From: Octopus vulgaris
Taxonomy: Eukaryota
Direction: 5' to 3'
NCBI GenBank assembly: GCA_951406725.2
Contig: OX597838.1
Coordinates: 6,076,001-6,140,000 of the forward strand
Length of the DNA: 64,000 nucleotides
This document shows, one piece after another, positions 51,147-64,000 of this stretch. The position numbers were made by a program, and so were the translations under genes. Position 1 is the first letter of the stretch; each line of letters opens with the position of its first letter. The notes under the pieces are model-generated. The model was given only the letters and a program-made list of their open reading frames with translations, was not told the DNA's origin and made no database searches.

Positions 51147-52559
51147 ATGATGGCTCTGCATATTTAAATGATGCGCATAGGAGCTCATGCAGTCACACAC
51201 ACGTATGATACAAGCGCTGACTGTATGACAAAGCGTACAAATATAGATATACTGATATAGGGGAGGTATAAGTAATGCTCAACATCATATCAAATGCACT
51301 TGGAGACAATGGAAGTGAGCAGCACTTACAATCTATGTAACAGGCTGCATTGTTGTTCGAAATAACTCACTATATTTGTATGTATGGATAAATATAACTA
51401 TATTTGAAACATGCTACTTATTTACGACTTCAGAATACGTATAAGTATACGACTCCAGTATGCATCTTCCTTCTCGGAAATGAAAAACGAATCAGTAATA
51501 AAAGTTTGAATTTTAGGTTCTTATGTGTAAGCATTTACCAAGTAATCAATCTATAATAAATCTGTTAACTTTTAGCCTCTGTGGTGATTTCAAATAAAGT
51601 TCTTCCTTATTCCGTATATTCATATTATAAATTTATTTATAACATATCGTATATTTCAATTCTGACATTTTACCATATCATACACAGGCTTCATTTCAAT
51701 TGTCAGTTTAATCGATTCGTTTTCCATCTATAAATATTTGTAACAAAGAAATAATAATTGGATTGATACATATACCACTGAAATTTAGAACGTAAAGCGA
51801 CTTCAATGTACCATGGAAGTATATTATGATCACACGCTCTACTGGTTTTCGACACGCCCAAATATTTTGTTGGTTGAAGTAAAAATTTATACCTTGGTTT
51901 ACGAGCCACAAATACTTTCGCCATATAACTTATATGCATTCAATGGACTTCGATTGGCATAAAGCTTTATCAAACCAACAGGAACCCGTCGCAGAACGTA
52001 TATGAACATATGAAAATATCGCATATTATTTTGTGTGACAGCATCCAGTTGTGTCATTTCTTCAGATATTTGTTGATTGAAATACAAGAATTTAGAAAAA
52101 AAAATAACAGTTGTATGTTATATATCTTTATCAAAATCAGGTGACATTTATGGTTTTGCCTAGGAAACACTTATCAATATTTTAGTATCATTCTGATTTT
52201 AGGTTTCTATATATTTGTGAAATTCATGTCGTCATAACAACAATATAACTGTCACAATGTTGTCCTTTTTGTCAGATATGTCAGATATATATATATATAT
52301 ATAACTTTATTAGGCTGTCGACAACGTATTTCTTATATCTACCTTTCACAGATAAGAATTTTACTGAGATTGGCAGAGATCATTCATTTTGTATTCAGTG
52401 TTTAATTCTATTTCTTAGTTTTATTTTTATCGGGTTTTTTTTTTTTTTGGTGTGTGTAAGTATATTTCTTTATCGTTACCAAATGTTCTGGCATCTTCTT
52501 AAAGTTATGTTCGTCAGAAGAGAAAAATAAAAGCTAATAAACTAATAAATAAATGTATG

Positions 52560-52593
<34 letters not shown>

Positions 52594-52690
52594 GTAACAT
52601 TAACGTATACATAGACACATACGCACATATATGTATAACAATGGTTGCCAGACAAAATTACGCATATGCACATACACACACACACATACA

Positions 52691-52722
<32 letters not shown>

Positions 52723-53632
52723 CATACATATATATATATATCGAATGAAGTTAAATAAATTATAAATAAGCAAATAAATAAATAAGTAGATAAATAGATT
52801 CGAAATGATCAATTCTGTGCAACTAATGAGTCTGGAATTAAATTATAGTTTAATCAGTAATTCTATTATCGAATCAGGTCAGACCATTTACTACAGGCAG
52901 TTGGGGAAAAAAAAGAACTTGTTTAAGAAAAGAGTGTATCTATCAGGGAAATGTGGGGGGGGGGTTGTTTGTTCTCTCTGTTTCCTTGCGTTTTTTTTTC
53001 CTTCTTTCTTTTGATGTATGTTGCTTTCTATCTTAACCTCGCAACGTTCTGCAGAATATAGGTGGTGCTTCATAAGATTTATTTCGCAGCGTACAATACT
53101 ACCATTGTAATTATTGATTCGATACAATGTCTGTCTTCTGTATCTTCACACATTTTCTTTATCATATTGAAGTGGTTTTGAAAGCAATATAATTATTGTA
53201 TATTTATTGCATTTTTCTTTTATTTTTTATGTTTTTGTGTTGCTCTTTCTTCTTGATTGTCTGTCTAACATGGTGCTTCCTATTGACTAGTATTCCGAGA
53301 GATCCAAGTCGATCTTGACATCAAAGATGGCTTTAAGGGCCACACACGTTATCTTATGCATTCCTGCCATTCAATTCTTAGGAATTACATCCTCTGGTTA
53401 CCACGTCTGATCAATTATTCACCGATGATTTGCTATGTTACATGTTGGGAGTTGTTATAGAGAAAACGAGAACTCGATATTTTATAAATTGCTCAATTCC
53501 AGACACGAGATAAATAGGTGTGCCTGTGTGTGTTTTTGTGTGCGCGCACGCCTCTCGGTGTTTCTGCATGTGTGTGTTTGTGTCTGTGTGTATATATATA
53601 TATGGAGCTTTCCTTATTTCACTCGGAAAGAC

Positions 53633-53822
53633 TTGAGCACAGTCTTCGAGGGATTTAGTCAAATATATCGACCGAGGGTTAATGTTTAAAGCCTAGCACT
53701 TATTCTGTCGATCTCTTTTGTCGAATTGCGCTTAGCAAACTAGAACATAAGCGCACCAGCATCGGTGGTCATGCAGTGATGGGAGGGCAGGCACAAAGGC
53801 CGGCACACACACACTCTCTCTC

Positions 53823-53869
<47 letters not shown>

Positions 53870-54010
53870 TTGTGTATACACACACACACCAAAACTCACA
53901 AAGCTTAGCTTTGGTAGAAGATACGGACAGAAGGTGCCACGCAGTGGGACCGATCTCTGAACCATGAAGTTGGGAAGCAAGCTTCTTACGACTGAGATAC
54001 GTCTGTACCT
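53633..54010 (-). mobile_element. SINE family A, degenerate
   Basis: gcctagcacttattctgtcgatctcttttg, caccagcatcggt, aaggtgccacgcagtgggac, ttgggaagcaagcttcttac. Confidence 0.78.
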
Positions 54011-54050
54011 ACACACACACACACTCACACACACACACATGCACGCGCGC

Positions 54051-54500
54051 TACAGGTTCTTTGGGAACAGCTGAACAAATGCTTTCCTTGATTCAGAAAA
54101 TGTCCAGTTGATTTTTTGCGAATGAAAGAAATGCAGATTTTTTAGTCTGGAATTGAAAGAAAAGAAAGCAAAATTTCCATTGAAAACAAATGTATTAAAA
54201 AAAAAAGATAAACTAAGAGATAGATAATGGGTTCCAGACAATAGTCTCTCGTTACGGAACCTTGCACATGCGTACTTCACTGCGTTCTGGAAAAACATTT
54301 GAAGACATTTTTGATCTTGGTCATCAGCTGGGACGTATTCTTTCAGGTAAAACGGTTGGAGTTGTTCTCAAATGCGCCACACGCAGAGTAATCCATCGGA
54401 TTACATTACGGCGTGGAGTGGTGGGTTGAAGACTGAAAATTGGACTAGCGAAGGTGTACAAATTCTCCGAAGACAATTTTTGATTTTTTCAGGAGGTACG
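54051..54500 (-). mobile_element. Tc1/mariner-superfamily transposon 3' relic with decayed transposase C-terminus
   Basis: Minus-strand QKLSSENLYTFASP (SQKWLSENF), CNPMDYSACGAFE (SPDxNPLDYxVWGxxE), LMTKIKNVF, AVKYACARFR; terminates in TA-CAGG at 54051. Confidence 0.75.
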
Positions 54501-55544
54501 ATAAGTATCCAAAGCTTGCTGTCAATTAACGACCCAATTGACGGTAGGGATTGATTATACTCTCCAGTAGACTTACATAGTCATCAGATTTTAGCATACA
54601 GCCATTTTCGAGAATGGGGGAATGATTACCCGCAAACAGGTGTACTCAGATCACCTGTCGTGGATTTACTGTCGGTATTCGTGGACCCCGTCGCAGCTGC
54701 TCATGTCATGTCTTACAGCATTTATAGTATTCTCAGAGCATAGAGTTACAATCAGGTTGTCGACATTTTGATACCCGATACGAATCCCCATGAGACAGGT
54801 TTCGAATCTTCTGATGGCTTCCAGCCTTCGGTATCATTTAGCCTTTTCTCAACTCCATTATTAATTATTATGGTTTTTAATGCCCTTAAATGTTTCCCAA
54901 TGCATCAAAATATATCTGAAAAAAGGAGATATCGAATATCGTTAAATATAACGGGAAAACCACGTAGTAAAGTACGATATCTATTAGTGTAAGTGAATAG
55001 AACTGCTGCGCGGATAGACACCATTTCGCGCCGTAAATATTTTCGTCATAGTTTCACACAGTGTGTATGGTGACATATGTCTGCTAATAAATCAAATCAT
55101 AACATTTATTTCTGCAATATCTTTTAGAAGAGAATGGCCTTGGGTTATGGTATGTTCTATAACTTGTTCTATCGTACAACTTGAACATTGAAGTATGCGA
55201 GTAAATATCAACATAATTGCGACAATAAATCTCTCAGGGAATATACACGAATCCGCTTTGCTTTCTTTTTATATTGTGAGTGAGAAATTGAGGAAGGTGT
55301 GCCGATTATTTCTAACAAACGGGGCTTTTGTAGAAAAGATGACAGTATTACATATAAGAAGGATATAACTTTTAGAGTAGGGAGATTGGTTGGATAAAAG
55401 GAACACTGTTATGATAAATTGCAGTGTTAGGAGGGGACGAAGTTTTGTGTTATTAGCAGAGACATGTACAATGAAATTGAGGACTTCACAAAAGAGAAAG
55501 TATGTCAGGAATCTGGTGTTGGGTAATGGATAGACATTTTGATT

Positions 55545-55700
55545 GCAGCCGCATACAGACGGCAGTTTATTTTTATCGAACCGAGAAGCATAGTGTACGA
55601 AGTTGGCTTCGATGGGATTTGAAATTAGAAGGCAAACAAAGACAAAAGGGCAACTCTTTTATCAAACTCTTCAGATTTTCGGCTAACCCAATTTTCTCCA
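55545..55700 (-). mobile_element. SINE family B, very degenerate
   Basis: ttattttatcgaaccgagaag...aagttggcttcgatgggatttgaa...gctaac. Confidence 0.45.
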
Positions 55701-56127
55701 GATTTCATTTAATACCTGTAGCCAGGAAGTTTATATATACATACATATATATATACATATAATGTAAAATGAAATTCAATTTCATACTAACATGGATAGA
55801 ACATCCTACCACAAAGAGTGTATATGCAACTATGCATGCGTGTAAGTGCGCATATATATATATATGTCCTGTTATCGCACTAAGCCAATGACGATTAAGA
55901 CTGACACTGGATCAATATAATAAAACCCAGGAATATATTGCATTTGATTTGTGATTTTATTGAAAATAAAATATCTTCTCAGCTGAAATGAAATTAGTCA
56001 AGTGAAAATATTGCAGGTTATAAATATACACAGGACGTTGGGAAAACTCGTGAGGGGAACGAATATCCCGAATGATATGATTTATATATATATATATATA
56101 TGCGCGTGTCTGCGTGTGCATGCATCA

Positions 56128-56160
<33 letters not shown>

Positions 56161-56218
56161 CGGAGAGATACCTGTGTGTCTATATTTGAATTCAGGTTAA
56201 CAGACCAGCGTACTACAG

Positions 56219-56282
<64 letters not shown>

Positions 56283-56770
56283 TTATTTTCGAGCGGAATT
56301 CTCTTGAAGAATTAGATATGTACAGGTAAAGTTCTGCTTGAGAATGCGGTATGGTAGCGTATGTAGGCGAAATGCTAAACCGAATTTGGAATGGCTAGAT
56401 TTCAAAAGTTTCATTGATTCCAGCGTTGCACTCTCAGATCAATCAATATATTGATTAATATTCTCAAACGCACCCTTTGCGTTTTCCTTTTTACTCTTTT
56501 TATGTTGTTCAGACCGAACTGTATACAAATTCTACCATATCGGCTTCACAAACCTGCAAGCGCATATCAACATAAGCAAACTCACACACACACATACACA
56601 CACAAGTATAGACGAACACAATACGCCGCTAACATTTATTTAATCATGGATATTAACATATGAATTCTTTAAATATTTATACCTGCACATATCTAGATAT
56701 AAATACACATGCATATAAACACAGAAGCGTACAAACACACGCGTGCCAACACACACACATTTGTATACAG

Positions 56771-56903
56771 GCACAGGCGTGGAAGCTTGCTGCGTTTTAG
56801 TCTCACTGTTTTAAACCTTAAGGAACTGCCCTCTACTATAGTTACATGCTGACCAAAGGATTGTGACTGGATTTGATAGACTGAAATTGAAAGAAAATCA
56901 TCG
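56771..56903 (+). mobile_element. Old SINE A 5' half
   Basis: gcacaggcgtgg, ctactatag, gaccaaagg, tggatttgatagactgaaattgaaagaa. Confidence 0.6.
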
Positions 56904-56908
56904 TTAAT

Positions 56909-56996
56909 GTTCAGTCCCACTGTGTGGCATCTCCGGCAAGTGTCTTTTGCTATAGCTGAGAGAATTTGGTAGACGGAAACTGAAAGAAGCCTGCCG

Positions 56997-57031
<35 letters not shown>

Positions 57032-57240
57032 GTATATGTCTGTGTTTGTCCCCCTAGCATTGCTTGACAGTCGATGCTGGTATGTTTGCGTCCCCGTCAC
57101 TTGGCGGTTCGGCAAAGGGGACCGATAGAATAAGTACTGGGATTACAAAAGAATAAGTCCTGGTGTCGATTTGCTCGACTAAAGGCGGTGCTCCAGCATG
57201 GCCGCAGTCGAATGACTGAAACAAGTAAAAGAGGAAAAGT
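56909..57240 (+). mobile_element. Younger 5'-truncated SINE A abutting the old copy
   Basis: gttcagtcccactg...gacggaaactgaaagaagcc...gcggtgctccagcatggccgcagtc...gaaacaagtaaaaga. Confidence 0.9.
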
Positions 57241-57242
57241 GA

Positions 57243-57249
<7 letters not shown>

Positions 57250-57335
<86 letters not shown>
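57250..57335. repeat. Perfect (GT)n microsatellite, ~42 units
   Basis: Direct inspection. Confidence 0.97.
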
Positions 57336-57337
<2 letters not shown>

Positions 57338-59776
57338 ATAGATTGGTAGCCACTACACGCATTTAGCCCATCCCCGAAATTGCTGGCCGTGTAGCAAACC
57401 TAGAAGCCAATAATTTATTAGAAAAACTACGCGACTACTGCTGACACTAAGAAACAAAACAAAGTAATCAATCATCTTTGTGTCATTAGACAGGTTGCCA
57501 TGGATATTAACTGAGAATGAATTATATTCTTAGCTCCGGGTCTATTCCCGTTATTACTTACAAATCTACGTGGGCATTTCAATTATTTCTGTCCATGTGA
57601 TTTTAAAATACAGACCATCATCATTGACACATACACAAATACTCAAACACTTGTATGAAGGTACGTCTGTGTCTCTTTGTAAACTAGAGCGTTGTGTATT
57701 TGCATATATCTTTGCGATCATTGTAAGCGTCGTCTTGCAATTTAGGGATTTAGTATTATCGAACGTAGATATATATTCCGTATCGGAAAACCTATAGATG
57801 TATGTTAATATTTCATATTTCATTTGAATATTTCCATATCTAACGAAATGCATAAAATTGATAAGGTATATGTGTAAGAGCATGACGCGGGAGAGAGAGA
57901 GAGAGAGAGAGAGAGGAGAAGTCCATTGAGAGGCGAATTATTATATAAAGTTAAAAATACATATATAAATAAAAGAAATCAAAATAGTAAGCAGGCAAGA
58001 AAGAAGCGACGAAAGCATATATCGGATAGACCGGGTTACTTCAAATATTTCTGTAAAAATAATTCCGGCTTGGAAGACACGATTTTGGAAAATAAACGCC
58101 TTGTGAAGAAATAATAAATAACTAATATCTTTTGTGAAATTATCATTGTCATAGAAGTTTTATGTTTTTACGAATTTGCCTCTACAGAACACTAGAATAT
58201 AAAAATATGAGAAAAGATACAAAAGGCAAAAGGAAATACTCCTATTTAAGGAATCAAAAGCAAAAGATGTTAGAATCCTTTATGAAAAAATATGGCTACA
58301 TGCTTAAATGTATGCCGCCATTTTATAAAGATATCCATGAAGAGTTTGAGGCAACTTTTAACGTTGTTCACTTTCCTTTTAAATTTGACACGAAAATTGA
58401 TTTTTATTTTCTAGGAAGACCTGAAAGTTTTGAAAATTATGTCTTACAAATTTCTTTGTGAAATATTTATATTTTTGAAGATGCTTTTAATATTTATTAT
58501 CTTACGTCATTTTGTTATTAGAGTGTTTCTTTCTAGAAGTAATTTATGATTCTATCAAAGAGTTTGTATGTTCAGCTATGAACTAAGAGAAACTGCTGCG
58601 AATCACAACAAATTAAGAAATTTCGGATCTAATTTTAAAATATAAAATATAATAAAGGAAGAATTGAATATTAAAAGACGTTTCTCTATATTCAAGAGTA
58701 AACAAATTAATCATGTAAATATATACTCTTTAGAAAAATGAAGTAGAAAAATATTATCCTATTCTTTTATAGGATTCGTTCTCTAGACATTAACCAGCCT
58801 TTGTCATCTCGTTCTAGAATGTATGGGATAATATCAAACGAGAGATGCAAACTAGACTTGGCTGATATTTGATCGCACGATGCATACACTATTTACCTGT
58901 GTAAAACGACGTATATCTTCTGTTATACATACCGGATCAATGAAAATATTGCCGAAATAAATAACTTTTCACAGTAACTGTAATTTTCTCCATGTCCTCC
59001 AGTGAAAACACTTAGATCTCTCTCCGCCTGCGGCAAAATGTGCGCTGGCATGAAACAGTTGCCATCTTAGTATGAATATAGGTTACTAGACATGCCTCAT
59101 GGACGTTCTAGGGGCCATGCACTTCCGTGATGGTATAGAGTGTGATGGAAGCGGGTATTAAGTTTGGAATTTTCTTCCTCCTACATTGAGTGCCTTCGCC
59201 GAACAAAGGATTTCGTTCAGCAGCCCGTCAGAAAATATATTAAACCCATTGAGGAACGCTGACAGTTAATAGCAATCCAGGTCAGAATGAACCTAGGAGT
59301 AATGGGAGTTGAAAGATAAGGAAGGCCCCTAAACTCCACTCCCTTCAAAATTCCCCAACTGCAACCTCACCTTCGTCTGTAGTTTAGTATCCTATTTCTG
59401 CTAAGTTGCAGTTTAATCAAGACGTTATGAGTAGATTTAGACGGAATCGAAAAGAAGGGCATATAGTGACTGGCACGTTTACTGCCTATGGCTATGGATT
59501 GTAACCCAAGGTGTTAATACAATTATTTATGGATCAACATTGGGAGTTCCTCAGTGTCGGTTGTGCATATAACAATTGGTAGAAATGGTATATATTAGTT
59601 TTTTTTTTATATATATACACGCGCACATACACACACACACATATATATATATATATTGATAAATTAAATAAGGATAGAAATTGATAGTAATCAATTAAAA
59701 CCAGTGGCCTAGCATATTTAAAAAATGCGAAGATTAATTTTTTTTTATATACAAAATTTAGAGGATTGACCACGAT

Positions 59777-59856
59777 AGGTGGACAGCCTGTATGCTAGAT
59801 ATAGACGTCAAAATCGCCATTTTGACGTCTATATCTAGCATACAGGCTGTCCACCT
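59777..59856. repeat. Perfect 38-bp inverted repeat with 4-nt loop, inside a TA-flanked element (~59655-59870)
   Basis: aggtggacagcctgtatgctagatatagacgtcaaaat-cgcc-attttgacgtctatatctagcatacaggctgtccacct. Confidence 0.97.
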
Positions 59857-60719
59857 TTAATATTTCATTATATATATATATATGAATGAATGCAATTATT
59901 TGTTCCAGCTGCTAATCATGCTTTACAATATCTCATTATCTGCAAATATTTGGGCAACAAAAGAATAGGCATTTAGAATTTTGGTAGAGAAATACTCAAC
60001 AGAAGTGATGTTGAGTGATTACCACGTTGAAAATTACAGACGTGATCTCTGTTATACACACACACACACACACACACACACGCATTCCCTGTGTATTCTC
60101 AATTTATTTACATGTATATGTGTATTAAACATATATTCGGAAATGCTACGATGGACTATCAAGAGTGCGTTGAACATGAGGCACCCTATTCTAGATACAA
60201 TATTATATGATTTGTGTGAGTGCAACGTAACACATTGCAATAGCTGAAGATCACGCATTTTTTAATGGTTCATTGGATTCTTTTTAATCTGCATTAATAT
60301 TTAGATATTTTGGCTTCATTTCAAGGTGAAGAAATAAAGTGATTAAACCTAGAGCGACATCAAGAGGGAATACAATATAAATGGATAGAACGCATTCTGC
60401 AGTGTGTGAGTTGAGTGTGTTATGTATTTTCTCATACCGTAGCGATGTCCTTTTATCGGTGTTTAATAATTATTTGCTTCGAAAAACAATGATAAAAATA
60501 TTAATATTAATATGAAAATAGACAATTTTGTAAATTAAAGAAAGATTATTCATAAAACAATATTGAAAACCTATTCAAAATGAATCAAATGTTAACATTT
60601 CAAACTGATGAATATAAGGTCTTTCAAAAAGTATAACGTACTTGAAAATATATTAAAAAAATATTACAAGGAAAAGAAGACAATGAATTTTTAAAAAAAT
60701 ACGCACAGAAACATACACA

Positions 60720-60762
<43 letters not shown>

Positions 60763-61835
60763 TTTATAAACAAACAAAAGAAAATTACAGATGAAATTTG
60801 GGAAATATTTTAAAACAGAAAAATTGATCAGTTGTCTATCGATGCATTGTCATAAGAAATATTGATTGAAATATTACAACAAATTTCGGTTCATGAACGT
60901 ACAGTAGTGAAATATGGCGTTGAGGACAATCGATTTTTCAAAACTAAAACTACAACTACTATTATTCCATAAACTGCAGTCGTTTTCGGTAACAAATAAG
61001 AAAGAATTGTAATATTGTTCGTCAAGCTTTATAATGTTTATTTCGAATTTACGTTACTTTTATTATATTTAAATGTGTTTTTCTCTTTCATGTTAAAATA
61101 ATTTCTGGAGCTATTATGATGTTCTTAGCAAAAATTTGATAAATTTTCAGCGGTTGAACTTTTAAATTTCCTTTGTTTTAGTTCAATATGACTCAGTCAT
61201 TGTGTTCCTATATTTTTGTATTATTTTACTGTTTGTGATTGGATCGTAGCCGTGCTGGGACTCAACAGCTGAGAATTGTATCGATCATATCATTTCCAGT
61301 GTTTATTTGAACTTTCAGTTCAGTGCATATGCATTCTACTTCCATTGTCTAAGTGGTAGGCTACGCTATAAAAGCGGAAACACACATAGAAACGCTCACG
61401 AGGAAATCTACGTAATCTTTCAACTTCTTACATATACCAGCTGAGTTTCTGTCACGCTACAGTGATATATGTAAAGGCAAAAAAACGAAATACGGGTATA
61501 CAAGCGAAAGCATGTTAGTGGTAAAGGGTGAATGTATAAAGCGAATCAACAGTAACCAAAGAATTGTAGAATGTAAATAAATTATGCCGAGGAAGAAACA
61601 GTCCAGTGTTTCCTTTGCTATACATTTGCACAGAAGAGAGAATGTGGTAAGTTTGCCAAATCAGGAAAATGAAATTTCAGTTTCATGAGGTTTGTTTGCA
61701 TATGTGGGATAAAGAAAGTGCATTAACATTTATGCAAGCACAAACAGATGATGAAATGCGTGTGCCCCTTGTACATGAATATAATTCTATATATGTATAT
61801 ACCCATTGTCTCTCAACCTCTGTATATATATATAC

Positions 61836-61900
61836 TAATACATCTATTTGTTTTGTACACCACCTGTTTTCGTCTTTTGTTTTTTTCTTAATCTTTCCCT
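61836..61900 (+). mobile_element. 3' fragment of the 40003 hammerhead element between (TA)n tracts
   Basis: ctaatacatctatttgttttgtacaccacctgttttcgtcttttgt is nearly identical to 40095-40140. Confidence 0.8.
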
Positions 61901-61932
61901 ATATATATATATATACATTAATATATACCTAT

Positions 61933-62160
61933 GTTTTACTGCCCACAAGGGGCTAAACATAGAGGGGATGAACAAGGACAGACAAACGGATTAAGTCGAT
62001 TACATCAACCCCAGTGAGTAACTGGTGCTTAATTTATCGACCCCGAAAGGATGAAAGGCAAAGTCGACCTCGGCGGAATTTGAACTCACAACGTAACGGC
62101 AGACGAAATACCGCTTAATGTTTCGCCCGGCGCGCTAACGATTCTGCCAGCTCGCCGCCT
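61933..62160 (-). mobile_element. SINE family B, well-preserved full-length copy with a distinct tail
   Basis: Reverse complement aggcggcgagctggcagaatcgttagc...gagttcaaattccgccgaggtcgactttgcctttcatcctttcggggtcgataaa...ttagccccttgtgggcagtaaa. Confidence 0.93.
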
Positions 62161-62450
62161 TAAGCCATTCACTACGCACTTCAAATGTCAGTAAGTTCGA
62201 TTAAGCTTGTCAGATGACCTACATGGCTAGAAATAACAGCTAAATTACTCACATACTGTACTTAAAGAATATAATAGCATGCATATATGTGCACGTATTT
62301 ATGTGCTTTGACTACAACTTGAGAGAATTGTGGCTACTATTTCTAGCAATATACGTGTTCTAACAACGTTACTCGCATTTACATACATTTAGAGTGCATA
62401 TATATATATATATCTCGAGGCATAATCCAGTCAGGTTGATTGCGCGGGCG

Positions 62451-62666
62451 CACTGCACGTAACATTCCGGTGTAGGCATCGTACAGCATGCACCTGAGTC
62501 GCTTGGTGTCAGTCCGAGTCAGAGATCCATAGAGAAGAACAGATTCAACAACTGCTCTGAAGAACTATTTCTTCAGTTTTAGTGGTAGGGTTGATTTCCG
62601 TATTGTCCATATTGTTTTAAGATTGTCTATAGCTGCCCAAGCCTTAGCAACACGTGGTATATCTTT
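62451..62666 (-). pseudogene. RTE-clade LINE ORF fragment (post-RT thumb region)
   Basis: KDIPRVAKAWAAIDNLKTIWTIRKSTLPLKLKK*FFRAVVESVLLYGSLTRTDTKRLRCMLYDAYTGMLRAV, matching the RTE pattern AKAW...IWKS...FFRA.VESVLLYG..W.L....LDG.YTRMLR. Confidence 0.85.
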
Positions 62667-63575
62667 CTATGTGATATATGTTCTCACTTCCTGTCCTCTA
62701 AGATCGTAGCCCACGAAGGTGAGTTTTTACTTTCACCCTTCCAGAATCCATATCAATTTACCCATCCGTGTTCTTGAATAGACGGAATTGCGGAGTGTCT
62801 GATGAGTTTGCGATGTTGTGGCGGTGTCCGCACTGGACCTTTAGAATGTTACCGCAATACCTGCGATGATTCTGCTGTCCAGAAGCGTTAGTCATTGAGA
62901 TAAGATATTTTATGTTGTAGGCAAGTTAGAGACTGCGCATAAAGGACCCAAATCATTGCTCTCTTTGTGAGACAGGAATACTAGAGACACCTTAAAATGG
63001 AATAAATAACGGATCTGTAGCATGAAATATACTTCTAGACCCCATCTGTTTAATCAGAGCCGGCCTAGGCTAAACGAATGCAGCATAAAGAAAAAAAAAA
63101 CGTTTGTAAAGAGATTTCTCGAGTAAAGACATCATGTATTAATGTATTAGTTACATTAGTTTTGCAGATGCTGTTGGAGGAGAACGGAAGATGGTGTTAT
63201 CGTTACACATTCGTAACAAAAATGAATTTAAAAAAAACCATGATTAGTAGAGAAGCTATCACAATTTCCATCATCATCATGTTCGTCGTCGCCGTACTCA
63301 TCAGCACCAACGCCTGCGTCATCGCTAGCGTGATCGCCATCAGCATGGTTGCTATTCAAAAAGAACTTGAATGCAGTAAATAGGTTTCCGGATGGCGAGC
63401 TGAATTCAATAGAATGATCTGTTTCATCTAAAACTATTGCAAAATTCGGACGGTGTAAGTCTGATTGAAATAAATAGATTGTACACAAATAAATAAATAA
63501 ATAAATAAACAAACCCAAACATACAAACACACACACACACACCGGGAACGTGTACGTACACATAAGTGCTATGTG

Positions 63576-63615
<40 letters not shown>

Positions 63616-63868
63616 CATATTGATACATATGTATAGTACGTAACATCAAACATAATATTCATGCTGGGTGTACACACACACACACACATGCATACATACA
63701 TATATAACTATATATTATGTTGAATTCTGCTTATGCGATTGTGAGTGGAGAAAAATACCGTGCCCATTATTACTGAGATATAGTTATACTTTAGGAGATG
63801 TCTGAAAGATAAGCTAAATATGAAGACAAGTTTTATGAGAAATATTGTTGAAGATGTTTGAGCTATCA

Positions 63869-63920
63869 TTTAACCCCGGGTCAATCCAGATTCAACAGGT
63901 CTGTGATCAAAGATATTCCG
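63869..63920 (-). mobile_element. Family E SINE-like tail
   Basis: Reverse complement tttgatcacagacctgttgaatctggattgacccggggttaaa resembles 12312-12352. Confidence 0.45.
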
Positions 63921-64000
63921 TTTTATTTATGCTGTCGTTTATTCGGTTTGTCTGGGGGTACATTTTATTTGTATGTCTCTCGTGTTTTAAAATTGCAGAG

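Noticed and set aside
58162-58461. 99-aa non-repetitive ORF
   Set aside because: No recognisable motif or splice context; compatible with chance in A-rich DNA

Overview
This is a very AT-rich, repeat-saturated eukaryotic window. The repeat repertoire looks like a coleoid cephalopod (Octopus-like) genome; that is an inference from the repeats alone. I find no intact protein-coding gene: most ORF-track entries are translations of (TA)n/(TG)n/(ATAC)n microsatellites or SINEs. The window holds (i) many copies of at least five SINE or SINE-like families (A-E are my own labels) with modular, swapped tails; (ii) decayed coding relics of a Helitron RepHel (N-terminus and PIF1-type helicase), an RTE LINE, a Tc1/mariner transposase and probably a Ty3/gypsy RT; (iii) a non-autonomous Helitron; and (iv) long fold-back palindromes. 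The most striking signal is a set of short elements, mostly sitting in or next to (TA)n tracts, that carry minimal type I hammerhead-ribozyme folds. There are five clear ones, with canonical, U4C, A6U and compensatory G3-C8 cores, resembling Penelope-like pLTR or retrozyme hammerheads. All folds and alignments were done by eye.
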